A stretch of DNA of 64,000 nucleotides, from contig CAYQJB010000001.1 of NCBI GenBank assembly GCA_964417855.1, positions 166,709-230,708 on the forward strand. Reading direction: 5' to 3'. The stretch is from an uncultured Candidatus Saccharibacteria bacterium (GTDB lineage Bacteria; Patescibacteriota; Minisyncoccia; Phycocordibacterales; CAIZLB01). The number at the start of each line of letters is the position of its first letter. Positions within the stretch are counted from its first letter, which is position 1. Both the position numbers and the translations under genes were made by a program. Under the pieces are notes generated by a model, which did not search any database, was not told the DNA's origin, and saw only the letters and a list, made by a program, of their open reading frames with translations. Below are positions 48,991 to 58,189 of this stretch, piece after piece.

Positions 48991-50454
48991 ATGTCTAGAT
49001 CAAAATTAATCATCTCTATTGCACTAATATTAAGTATAGCCCTCGGTATTCTTGTTGGTATATATTTTTATACAAAAAAAACCACCCAAGGCAACCTTCC
49101 AACACAAACTGATAAAACAATCTTTGGTGGTGTTGGTGGGGTCAGAACTGATCTGCCAACAGACAACACAAACAACCCCCAAGGACAAACTACCTCTGGT
49201 ACAGAAAAACCAACAGGAACGTCAACACCAAAAGCAACCCTACTTAGAAGAATAGCTATTGGACCAATATCTGGAGATGATTTTGTCATGAGGGATGTTT
49301 TTGCAACAACAAGTAATTCTTCAACAACACAAACTGTTGGAACTTCTACAAAGAAACAAACAATTAAAGTGACTGTACCAGCTAAACCAAAACTATTAGG
49401 TCAAGAAGAAAAAATCAGATATATGGAAAGGGGAACGGGAAGAGTTTTTGAGGCTGAAGCAACAACGTCCACAATTCAAAGAATAACCAACTCAACCTAT
49501 ACAAGAACAGTTGAATCATTTTTTGACAAGAAAGGTGATAATGTTCTTTTTAGAAATCTTTTGGAAAACACAGATACCATACAAACAAGACTTGGAACAG
49601 TCTCGCTTGACACACCAACATCCACAGAATACTCTTTAAAAACAAAGGACTTTCCATATAATCTTCTTTCTGTTGTCACATCACCAGAAAAAGATTCTTT
49701 TGCATCTTATTTTGAGTCAAAAGGAGTGGGTTCTTCAATTAATATTAGTAGATTTGATGGAACAGGAGTTTTTACAGTTTATAAGTCACCATTTAGAGAA
49801 TGGTTGTTGTCCTGGCCAAACACAAATACTTTAGTTTTGAACACAAAACCTTCAACCTATTCTCCCGGCTATGCATATTCTATCAATATAAAAACCAAAG
49901 CTTTTAGCAGAATAACAGGGGGTCAAAATGGTTTAACAACGCTTGTTTCACCAGATGGTTTAAATGTTTTAGTGGGGGAGAGCATTGATGGATCTATGAA
50001 ATTAAGTATTTTAAATCTTAAAACACAGTCTTTTAGAGAGATATATACAAGAACCTTACCAGAAAAATGTGTTTGGTCTAAGTTAGAAAAAAGTGTTCTG
50101 TTTTGTGCAGCAAGTGAGTCTATTGTATACGCTCCTTACCCAGATGCTTGGTATCAAGGTTTGGTATTTTTTGATGACAATGTTTGGAAAATAAACATCG
50201 ACACACAAGAAAACAAGCTGATTGCTGTTGTTAAAGACACGGTTAAGGATGGTTTAGATATCACAAACATGATTTTAAACAAGAATGAGGACTATATGCT
50301 GCTTACAAACAAAAAAGACTTAAGTTTGTGGGGTCTTCAAATAGAGAAACCTGTTGCTGTGGTGGCCACCACAACACCTTCAAGGGTTAAAAACACAACA
50401 ACTAGCACAACAACAAAAGCCACATCGAGTAAAGCAACGAATACAAAGAAGTAA
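48991..50454 (+). CDS. Membrane-anchored T-rich hypothetical protein (last gene of cluster)
   Basis: N-terminal TM LIISIALILSIALGILVGIYFY, a Thr/Pro-rich linker and a ~350-aa extracytoplasmic domain. ATG overlaps the previous stop region. Confidence 0.4.
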   Translation: MSRSKLIISIALILSIALGILVGIYFYTKKTTQGNLPTQTDKTIFGGVGGVRTDLPTDNTNNPQGQTTSGTEKPTGTSTPKATLLRRIAIGPISGDDFVMRDVFATTSNSSTTQTVGTSTKKQTIKVTVPAKPKLLGQEEKIRYMERGTGRVFEAEATTSTIQRITNSTYTRTVESFFDKKGDNVLFRNLLENTDTIQTRLGTVSLDTPTSTEYSLKTKDFPYNLLSVVTSPEKDSFASYFESKGVGSSINISRFDGTGVFTVYKSPFREWLLSWPNTNTLVLNTKPSTYSPGYAYSINIKTKAFSRITGGQNGLTTLVSPDGLNVLVGESIDGSMKLSILNLKTQSFREIYTRTLPEKCVWSKLEKSVLFCAASESIVYAPYPDAWYQGLVFFDDNVWKINIDTQENKLIAVVKDTVKDGLDITNMILNKNEDYMLLTNKKDLSLWGLQIEKPVAVVATTTPSRVKNTTTSTTTKATSSKATNTKK

Positions 50455-50503
50455 TTAAACGAAATAAGGATTATTAACAACTTAATTAATATTTTTATAA
50501 CAA

Positions 50504-50534
50504 ACAAAAACCGCTTATTTAAGCGGTTTTTGTT
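50504..50534. terminator. Bidirectional rho-independent terminator between the T4SS-like cluster and yidC
   Basis: AAAAA-CCGCTT-ATTT-AAGCGG-TTTTT. Confidence 0.7.
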
Positions 50535-50548
50535 TGTTATTTTGTGAC

Positions 50549-51274
50549 TTATTTTATATCCTTTTTGATGGTTTTTCTAAAATATAATTCTTGGGCAATA
50601 GCAAAAATATTTGAAGTTATCCAATATAGTGAAATAGCTGAGGTTAAGCTAAATGAGATCAAAAAAACGATAGCTGGCATTGTATATCTCATTTGTACAT
50701 TCATACTTCTTGCAAAATCTTCTTGCTTTCCACCCTTACCTGTTGGAACAAAAGCTGGAACAGAGTATCTTATTTGGATGAATTGTGTAATTCCTACCAC
50801 AATACTAAGCCAAATATTCTTCTTTGTTATATCCAGTAATCCTAAAAACAAAACATTAACTATTTGTGGATTTGGAATAAAGCTATACAGTATTTGTGGA
50901 TCTATGTGAGGCAAACCTGATGTGTAAAAAATTTTTGCTAAAGAAAGGATGATGGGTAGCTGAATAAGCATTAAAAGAATACCTGAAAATGGATTTAGGT
51001 TGTTTTTCTTATAAAAATCTAACGTGAGTTTTGCTTGTTCCTCTTTATTATTAGCAGTTTTCTCTTTAATTTTATTCAACTCAGGCTCCAAAGCCTTCAT
51101 TTTCAGCTGTGTTTTAACAGAACTTTTTGATAAGGGGATTAATATAAACTTAACAACACAAGTAAAAAGGATAACAGCAACACCAAGATCAGCTCCTGGT
51201 GTGTGATTTATTATAAATACAAGTCCGTTATATAGTGGATTATAAAAAGTGAAACTAAAAAAATTTGATATCAT
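50549..51274 (-). CDS. yidC: Membrane protein insertase YidC (short form)
   Basis: YidC/Oxa1 core with conserved TM arrangement; rpmH-rnpA-yidC synteny. Confidence 0.85.
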   Translation of the reverse strand: MISNFFSFTFYNPLYNGLVFIINHTPGADLGVAVILFTCVVKFILIPLSKSSVKTQLKMKALEPELNKIKEKTANNKEEQAKLTLDFYKKNNLNPFSGILLMLIQLPIILSLAKIFYTSGLPHIDPQILYSFIPNPQIVNVLFLGLLDITKKNIWLSIVVGITQFIQIRYSVPAFVPTGKGGKQEDFARSMNVQMRYTMPAIVFLISFSLTSAISLYWITSNIFAIAQELYFRKTIKKDIK

Positions 51275-51654
51275 TGTTTTATTATATCTTCTTTTACTAA
51301 AATTTGCTTAATATCTGAAACGATTTCTCCAAAACCTGCGTTTTTTGACGTTTCTTTTGAAAGGAACACAAAAGAGGGGATTGTAGTGTTTTTATCTTCA
51401 AGCCCCAACTCTTTTATGGCTGTAACAAAAGCCTCTCTAAGCCTTCTTTTAGACTTGTTTCTATCAATAGCTTTTATACAAACCTTTTTAGAACAAACGA
51501 ACGATCCTTCCAACTGATTAACCTTATCTTTAGGCACAACAGGCCCTGTTTCTTTTTTTTCAAAAACTTTCAAAAGAAAAAAGCCTGAATTATAGGCTCT
51601 TCCTTTTTTCATTATTAAAGCAATTTGGGTTGAAGAAAGGCTTTTTATTGTCAT
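51271..51654 (-). CDS. rnpA: Ribonuclease P protein component
   Basis: KAIDRNKSKRRLREAF is the RnpA RNR motif; 127 aa; position between rpmH and yidC. Confidence 0.8.
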   Translation of the reverse strand: MTIKSLSSTQIALIMKKGRAYNSGFFLLKVFEKKETGPVVPKDKVNQLEGSFVCSKKVCIKAIDRNKSKRRLREAFVTAIKELGLEDKNTTIPSFVFLSKETSKNAGFGEIVSDIKQILVKEDIIKQ

Positions 51655-51702
51655 AGATGGCTTTATTTAAGGGTATTTTACAAACAACCCAAGCATGCAA
51701 GA

Positions 51703-51837
51703 CTATACAGCCAACTTCTTTCTACCTTTTGCGCGACGAGCGGCCAAAACACGACGTCCTCCATGTGTTTCTGATCTCACAAGGAAACCATGTGTAGTAG
51801 CTCTCTTTCTTTTATTTGGTTGGTATGTTTGCGACAT
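51703..51837 (-). CDS. rpmH: 50S ribosomal protein L34
   Basis: Manual translation [44 protein letters not shown] (44 aa). It was missed by the 60-aa ORF cutoff; the plus-strand track ORF 51695..51886 is antisense to it. Confidence 0.9.
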   Translation of the reverse strand: MSQTYQPNKRKRATTHGFLVRSETHGGRRVLAARRAKGRKKLAV

Positions 51838-51992
51838 AAGGAGGATATTACATCATTTTTGTTTTTTTGTAAACACCAAAAATTAGAAGTGTTGTGTTTT
51901 AAAGTCTACTAAAGTTATCCACAGGTATGAACATACTTTTATGTATAGTTCAAGTTTCTTTTAAAAAACCAGAGGGTATAATATTTAACACT
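51838..51992. promoter_or_regulatory. rpmH-dnaA intergenic origin/promoter region with a perfect DnaA box
   Basis: TTATCCACA at 51915-51923, in the divergent rpmH/dnaA intergenic region. Confidence 0.5.
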
Positions 51993-53324
51993 ATGGAAAT
52001 AAAAAAACTATGGGATGATCTATTGGCGCAAATGGAAATTGAAGTTTCTAGAGCCAACTTCTCTACATGGTTTAAAGATACATACATAAACAAAGTAGAT
52101 AGTGGTGTTGTTTATATAGCTGTTCCAAATACTTTTGCAAAGGAATGGCTTTCTCAAAGATATCACAAAAAAATACTTGAAATACTTAGGGTGGGGGATG
52201 AGTCTATTAGGTCTATTGAATATACTATTTCTGCATTAAAGAAAAAGAAAGATGGTGCTGATGAGGAAAATTCCCAAAACAAAGAACTCCCATTAAGCGG
52301 CTTATTTATTAGCCCGGACGACAATTTGAACCCAAGATATACATTTGATAATTTTGTTGTTGGTCAATTTAATGAATTAGCGCACGCTGCTGCACAAGCT
52401 ATAATTAAAAAACCTGTTGCTTATAACCCTCTTTTTTATTATGGAAACACAGGTTTGGGTAAAACACACTTAATGCAGGCTGTTGGAAACCATATAAAGA
52501 ACCATAATAAAGACCGCCGTGTTTATTATGTTACTTCTGAGAAATTTACAATGGATTATGTAACATCACTCCAGTCTGGAAAGATAAATAATTTTAAGGA
52601 AAAGTATAGAAAGTATGATGTTTTGATAATGGATGATATTCAGTTTCTTTCAAACAAAGAGAAGACTCAGGAAGAGCTTTTTCACTTATTCAATTATCTC
52701 TATGATAACAATAAACAAATTATCTTTTCATCAGATGTTCATGTAAACTACCTTCCAAACCTGGAGGATCGTTTAAAATCAAGGTTTATGGCTGGTATGA
52801 TTATTGATATCTCCCCAGCTGACACGGAGTCTAGAATTGCAATTCTTAAAACTAAGGCTAGGATAAACAACTTTTATATCTCTGATGAACAAGTAACCTT
52901 CCTAGCAACAGCTGTTAGTGGTAGCATTAGAGAGCTAGAGGGTGTATTAAACACCGTAATATGTCAGTCTCAATTAAAAGGAAGAGAATTAACACTCGCT
53001 GAAATTAAACAGCACACAAAGAACACGGGTGGTCCTCATAAGAACGTTTCTGTAAAAGATGTTGTTAAAGCTGTTGCAGCCTTCTACAATCTAGAAGAAG
53101 AAACTATCTACAACAAAACAAGAAGACAAGAAGTTGTAAAACCAAGACAGTTAACAATGTACATATTAAGAGAATATTATAATATCTCATTACCTTCAAT
53201 TGGTCAGAAACTGGGAGGTAGAGACCACACAACAGTAATCCACTCATGTGAGAAAATTAAAAATGAATTAAAGGTAAATCTTGAACTACAGGGGGAAATC
53301 AATCAGATACGGGCCATGTTATAG
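51993..53324 (+). CDS. dnaA: Chromosomal replication initiator DnaA
   Basis: Start at MEIKKLWDDLL; the upstream track extension is unlikely. Walker A GNTGLGKTHL; DnaA domain IV helix-turn-helix at the C-terminus. Confidence 0.92.
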   Translation: MEIKKLWDDLLAQMEIEVSRANFSTWFKDTYINKVDSGVVYIAVPNTFAKEWLSQRYHKKILEILRVGDESIRSIEYTISALKKKKDGADEENSQNKELPLSGLFISPDDNLNPRYTFDNFVVGQFNELAHAAAQAIIKKPVAYNPLFYYGNTGLGKTHLMQAVGNHIKNHNKDRRVYYVTSEKFTMDYVTSLQSGKINNFKEKYRKYDVLIMDDIQFLSNKEKTQEELFHLFNYLYDNNKQIIFSSDVHVNYLPNLEDRLKSRFMAGMIIDISPADTESRIAILKTKARINNFYISDEQVTFLATAVSGSIRELEGVLNTVICQSQLKGRELTLAEIKQHTKNTGGPHKNVSVKDVVKAVAAFYNLEEETIYNKTRRQEVVKPRQLTMYILREYYNISLPSIGQKLGGRDHTTVIHSCEKIKNELKVNLELQGEINQIRAML

Positions 53325-53707
53325 TTTATAGCTGTTAAAATTAGAGATATCAAAAGAAGGAGGTGTATTGAAAAATACCCTCTTTTTTATTATTCAAGAA
53401 TATATAAAACATACATATCCTTAATTACTTATGTGCATAAGTCTGTGTATAAAGTGTTTATAGATAGTTAGTATACTGTTAAGAACCTGTATTCAACATG
53501 TTATTTAAAAAGTATAAGCTGTGTACTAAAAGGTAGTTATAAACAGGTCTATAAAAGACATGTTCTGAATCACCATATAAAACACTGTCTTTTAGTCTGT
53601 CCTTTATTTAAATACGTTTAAATCATAGGATATATCAAAAAGTCCACATATCCACAGGTATAGTAGTAATAGATGTTTTTTATTAATAAAGATATAATCA
53701 ATACATT
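53325..53707. promoter_or_regulatory. dnaA-dnaN intergenic region, candidate oriC/DUE
   Basis: 383 bp, strongly AT-rich. DnaA-box-like ATATCCACA at 53648-53656 with an adjacent TCCACA. One copy of the TGTCCTTTATT motif at 53598-53608. Confidence 0.5.
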
Positions 53708-54808
53708 ATGAAAATTGAATGCATCAGAGAAAGATTAGCAGAAGCTGTTTCAAAAGCTGAAAAGATTACAAGTAAGAACGCGTCATTACCTGTTCTTAAG
53801 TGTATTCTTTTAAAAGCAACTAAAGACGGTTTGTTTATAAGTGCAACAAATCTTGATATTGGAATAGAAATAAAAATACCAGCAAAAGTTGAAGTTGAAG
53901 GGTCTATAGCAATCCCTGGTTCTATACTAAATTCTTTCTTAAATAGTATATCTTCAGAGAAAACGGTTAAACTTGATTCAGAAGATGGTAACTTGATTGT
54001 TTCTACTCAAAAGACAAATACTGTCATAAAAATATTTCCAGATGATGATTATCCTTTGATTCCTAAGGTAGACACCGGTAAAGGGTTTGAAATGCCTACA
54101 GAGAGCCTTGTGACAGGCATTAAGTCTGTTTGCTATAGTTCTGCTACTTCTAGTATTAAACCAGAGCTCTCAAGTGTTTGTGTGACTCCAGAAGAAGATT
54201 CCATTCTCTTTGTTGCCACCGATGGATTAAGACTTGCTGAAAAAACAATTAAATTAAAAAATAATTTTGATTTTACACAAATATTAATACCTGTTAAGAA
54301 TGCGATTGAAATAATTAGGATTTTTGAAGGAGGGGAGGATATGTTAAGTATCGTTATTGAACAAAACCAAATCGCTATAACAGCAGGAGATACCTATTTG
54401 GTTTCAAGGATTGTTGAAGGTAATTTTCCTAATTACAAAGCTATTATTCCAAAAGATTTTGTTTCTGAGGTAACTGTTTTAAAACAAGACTTAATGAATT
54501 GCTTCAAAACAAGTTCTATTTTTACAGATGCTTTTAATCATACTAAATTTGTTGTACACGCGGAGGAAAAAAGTGTTGAGATTATAACAAAAAATAATAA
54601 TGTCGGTGAAAATTCGACATCTATATCAGGAAATGTTGTAGGGGAGTCATTAGATATTAATTTTAACTATAAATACATAATGGAGGCGTTAGCTTCTATT
54701 AACTCTGATAGCTTAATACTTTCCTTTAGTGGGGTTAATAAACCTATGATAATGAAACCTGTGGGCGATTATAGCTTTCTTTACCTATTAATGCCTATGA
54801 ATAGATAA
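53708..54808 (+). CDS. dnaN: DNA polymerase III beta sliding clamp
   Basis: 366 aa; three-domain clamp pattern; follows dnaA. Confidence 0.9.
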   Translation: MKIECIRERLAEAVSKAEKITSKNASLPVLKCILLKATKDGLFISATNLDIGIEIKIPAKVEVEGSIAIPGSILNSFLNSISSEKTVKLDSEDGNLIVSTQKTNTVIKIFPDDDYPLIPKVDTGKGFEMPTESLVTGIKSVCYSSATSSIKPELSSVCVTPEEDSILFVATDGLRLAEKTIKLKNNFDFTQILIPVKNAIEIIRIFEGGEDMLSIVIEQNQIAITAGDTYLVSRIVEGNFPNYKAIIPKDFVSEVTVLKQDLMNCFKTSSIFTDAFNHTKFVVHAEEKSVEIITKNNNVGENSTSISGNVVGESLDINFNYKYIMEALASINSDSLILSFSGVNKPMIMKPVGDYSFLYLLMPMNR

Positions 54809-54838
54809 TATTGTAAATAATTTATTAATATATATAAA

Positions 54839-55096
54839 ATGGTAAATATAGGTGATTTATTGAAAGATTATTTAAAAATTAAAAACCCTTTAGTTGATAA
54901 AGTGTCCTTGTCTGATGAACTAAATAAAGAATTTAATTTAAATATCAAAGAAGAGCAAGTTTTTTTTAGAAAAAATGTACTTATATTAAAAGTTAATGCT
55001 GTTCAAAAAAGTTTTGTTTTTATGAGAAAAAACGCTGTTTTAGAAACTGTTAACAGAATATGCCCTGATAGATTCATAGATACAATACAGTTCTAA
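54839..55096 (+). CDS. DUF721/DciA-like small protein
   Basis: 85 aa. The C-terminus VFFRKNVLILKVNAVQKSFVFMRKNAVLETVNRICPDRFIDTIQF follows the DUF721 hydrophobic pattern. Sits at the conserved post-dnaN position. Confidence 0.45.
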   Translation: MVNIGDLLKDYLKIKNPLVDKVSLSDELNKEFNLNIKEEQVFFRKNVLILKVNAVQKSFVFMRKNAVLETVNRICPDRFIDTIQF

Positions 55097-55116
55097 GACA
55101 AGTAATAAAAAAACAC

Positions 55117-55148
55117 ACTACTTACAAATAGTGTGTTTTTTAGGTGGT
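55117..55148. terminator. Bidirectional terminator between the DUF721 gene and PBP1A
   Basis: AAAAAACACACT-ACTTACAAAT-AGTGTGTTTTTT. Confidence 0.65.
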
Positions 55149-55161
55149 TGTTGTTGAACTT

Positions 55162-57678
55162 TTATTTAATTGAAAATACTACAGTTGCCTCTCTTTTGTT
55201 TCCATCAGAGTCTGTCTCTATAGCTTTTAGTTCATCTTCAAAATCACTAGAAGGTGTATCTTTGGGTGTGTAAGAGAAAGTAAAAGGGGATTCCGTTGAT
55301 TTACCTATTGAAACTCCGTTTATAAGATATTCAATTGATACAGTGTTTTCTTTTGCACCAGAAACTAAAATTGTTTGTCTCGATGTTTTATCTATTGTTG
55401 CAAACTTAACTGGGGATATTATCCTAAAGGTGTTTGTGATTATGTCTTGATTGTTGACTGCAGCTTGAGAAATTAAATTTTCTGCAACTGTACTTTTTGA
55501 CCAATTTAATACCCCGAATTCCCAGTTGTTGAATTGTTCGTCTCTTGATGACAACCCTGGTGCTGAACCCTTTGGGTTTGTTCTGTCTATCCAATAAAGC
55601 TCTGAATGTACCTCATTACCTGGGCCAGCCCAAGATCCTGTTAGAAATGGTTTAAGACCTGTTTCATAAGATTCAGGGGAATCAAAATTCTCAACAGGGA
55701 TTCTTGATAGTTCAAAATCCATTATACTTTTAAATAAAGGCCCAACTATTTTTGCTGATGCTTGTTGGGACATAGGGGTGTTGTCATTGTTTCCCATCCA
55801 TGCTCCAATTGAAATACTTGGTGTGTAACCAATCTCCCAAGCATCTCTTGAGTTGTTTGTTGTTCCGGTTTTTATTGCAACATCTCTATCTCCAAAAGTA
55901 CTTTGTGAAAATATAGAAGATCTAGCTTTTTTGTCTGATAAAACATCATTAATTAACTTAGCTGACTGTTCTGTTATAACCTGTCTTGTTGAAACCTTGT
56001 CGGGAGCCTGTTCCAAGATATCCCCTTTTTCAGTTTCTATTTTTAAAACAGATATTAGTGGAGCTTTTTGACCATTATTTGCAAAAACTCCATAAGCCGA
56101 AGTCATATCAAGTGGTGAAACTTCCCCACCTCCAAGAACAAGTGTTAATCCATATTGAGAAGCAGGACCAAGTTCATTAATTCCTAGTGCTGTTGCTGTC
56201 TTAATTGTGTCTGCTAAACCAGCTAAATATAAAACCTTAACAGATGGAATGTTTCTTGACTGAGCTAATGCTGATCTAAAGTTCATTAAACCTTTATATC
56301 CACCTTCATAGTTTTGTGGATTATAACAAGGTGAACCGTCTGAACTTTTTGTTTCAGTACCTGTTGGAGAACACTTAACATTAAACTCTGTTAGAACGTC
56401 AAAAACAGGTGTTTCAGGGGTGTATCCTTTTTCAAAGGCTGTTACATAAGCAAACGGCTTAAAGGCTGAACCAGGTTGTCTGTGTGCAGTTGTGACATTG
56501 AAGTTTCCATCATTTTTAGCATCAAAGTAATCTTTTGAACCAACCATTGTTAGAATTTGACCTGTCTTTGGGTCAGTTGCAACAACAGCCGCATTATTTG
56601 CTTTGAAAGATGGGCCTTCCTTATTTACATAATTATAGACCAACTCCTCGGCTTTTTGTTGAAGGGTGTAGTCTAGTGTTGTTGTTATTTTTAAACCCCC
56701 TTTTAATAATAATTCATCACCATATTTTGCTTCAAGATATTCTTTTATGTACATAACAAAATGGGGAGCCTTAATTCCAGCTATTGATTTTGGTTGAAAA
56801 ACAACTTTTTCCTTTATAGCTTGATCGTATTCTGCCTGAGTAATCATTTTTGAATCAAGTGTTTTTTGAAGAACTAGATTTTTTCTATCTTCTAATTTGT
56901 TTTTGTATTTTCCATAAGGTGAAAGAGTTGTAGGGGACTGTGGAAGAGCAGCAAGATATGCAGACTCCGCAAGTGTTATGTCTTTTGATTTTTTATTAAA
57001 ATACAAAGAACTCGCTTCCTCAATACCATAAATATTTCCTCCATAAGGAGCTTCATTTAAATACATATTTAAAATTGTATCCTTGCTAGCGTTCCTTTCC
57101 AGTTTAATGGATAGAATCCATTCCTTAACTTTTCTTGCTATTGTCTTATCTTGAGAAAGTAGTGAGTTTTTAACAACCTGCTGTGTTATTGTTGAACCTC
57201 CTTGGCTGAATTTAAGGCTGAAGATATTGGCAATAATCGCTCTTATAATAGATGTTACTTTAATGCCCCCATGATTGTAAAAATCAACATCCTCAATCGC
57301 AATTGTTGTTTTTTTGATATTTGAAGAGATCTGATCAAAGGGTGTTACTGTTCTTCTTACTTTTTCACTCAAGTCATATAATAAAATATTTCCAGTTCTG
57401 TCATAAATCTTAGCTGATTGACCAAGGAGTCTGTCGTCAAAAGAAGATAGGTCTGGGGTTTTAATCGTTGCTGCCCAAATTAAAAACAATCCAGACAAAA
57501 TAATAAAACAAATTATTAATGCTAAAAAAATATCTCTAATAAGAAACCTTTTTTCTTTTTTTGTTTTAAATTTATTTTTAAAACGACGGGGGAGCCCCAA
57601 CATGGATCTAAGACTCCATTTACTGTGTTTTTTATAATGTGATTCTACTGAAGATTCATTTTTATAGTCATTAAACAT
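55162..57678 (-). CDS. Class A penicillin-binding protein (PBP1A; transglycosylase + transpeptidase)
   Basis: N-terminal TM; GT51 motifs (EDVDFYNHGG, QGGSTITQQ); transpeptidase SAFKP and KTGT; a C-terminal extension of ~150 aa. Confidence 0.9.
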   Translation of the reverse strand: MFNDYKNESSVESHYKKHSKWSLRSMLGLPRRFKNKFKTKKEKRFLIRDIFLALIICFIILSGLFLIWAATIKTPDLSSFDDRLLGQSAKIYDRTGNILLYDLSEKVRRTVTPFDQISSNIKKTTIAIEDVDFYNHGGIKVTSIIRAIIANIFSLKFSQGGSTITQQVVKNSLLSQDKTIARKVKEWILSIKLERNASKDTILNMYLNEAPYGGNIYGIEEASSLYFNKKSKDITLAESAYLAALPQSPTTLSPYGKYKNKLEDRKNLVLQKTLDSKMITQAEYDQAIKEKVVFQPKSIAGIKAPHFVMYIKEYLEAKYGDELLLKGGLKITTTLDYTLQQKAEELVYNYVNKEGPSFKANNAAVVATDPKTGQILTMVGSKDYFDAKNDGNFNVTTAHRQPGSAFKPFAYVTAFEKGYTPETPVFDVLTEFNVKCSPTGTETKSSDGSPCYNPQNYEGGYKGLMNFRSALAQSRNIPSVKVLYLAGLADTIKTATALGINELGPASQYGLTLVLGGGEVSPLDMTSAYGVFANNGQKAPLISVLKIETEKGDILEQAPDKVSTRQVITEQSAKLINDVLSDKKARSSIFSQSTFGDRDVAIKTGTTNNSRDAWEIGYTPSISIGAWMGNNDNTPMSQQASAKIVGPLFKSIMDFELSRIPVENFDSPESYETGLKPFLTGSWAGPGNEVHSELYWIDRTNPKGSAPGLSSRDEQFNNWEFGVLNWSKSTVAENLISQAAVNNQDIITNTFRIISPVKFATIDKTSRQTILVSGAKENTVSIEYLINGVSIGKSTESPFTFSYTPKDTPSSDFEDELKAIETDSDGNKREATVVFSIK

Positions 57679-57782
57679 TTTGTTTTTTTAATTGTTTGTA
57701 CATCATACATTGTATAACAAAACACACACTATTTACAGTGTGTGTTAGCTACCGAAATTGAGATAAATAAAATATATATCGA

Positions 57783-58055
57783 TTAGAACAAGTCCTCGCT
57801 AATCTCATCCTCCACCTCATCTTCGTCGTCTGTTGTTGGGGCTACGTATTCACCATCTTCATTAAGCTCACCAAAAGCACCGAAGCCAAAAGGGTCTTCC
57901 TCAGGACTAACAGCAGCTTCCTCCTCTACTGGGTCTTCTGCATCATCACCAGAAAGCTCTGCTGGGTTTATGTCAGTAATTTCCTTATCATCATCTGTAT
58001 CTGCTTCTGTGTCATCCCCTCCAGCTTTTATTGTGTCATCTAATTCGTCAGACAT
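57783..58055 (-). CDS. Small highly acidic disordered protein
   Basis: 90 aa, about 45% Asp/Glu (DTEADTDDDKE...TTDDEDEVEDEISEDLF). Followed on its strand by an ACACACACT/AGTGTGTGT hairpin. Confidence 0.35.
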   Translation of the reverse strand: MSDELDDTIKAGGDDTEADTDDDKEITDINPAELSGDDAEDPVEEEAAVSPEEDPFGFGAFGELNEDGEYVAPTTDDEDEVEDEISEDLF

Positions 58056-58189
58056 ATTATATATTTGAATTATTATTAAAACTTATTTGATATATTTATC
58101 ATATCATTAGAAATATGCAAGTGGAACTGTGGATATCAACTTATTTAGATAAAAACCTGAACGAGGTCTATTGTAAAAATACCTAAAGA

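Noticed and set aside
50544-50909. Plus-strand 121-aa ORF and other antisense ORFs (51024..51206, 62115..62423, 61531..61728 and similar)
   Set aside because: They lie inside well-supported opposite-strand genes (yidC, the coiled-coil gene, the PilB paralogue); no motifs.
51927-51992. N-terminal 22-aa extension of DnaA in the ORF track (MNILLCIVQVSFKKPEGIIFNT)
   Set aside because: A canonical DnaA N-terminus begins at MEIKKLWDDLL (51993). The extension would cover the DnaA box at 51915-51923 and the promoter region.
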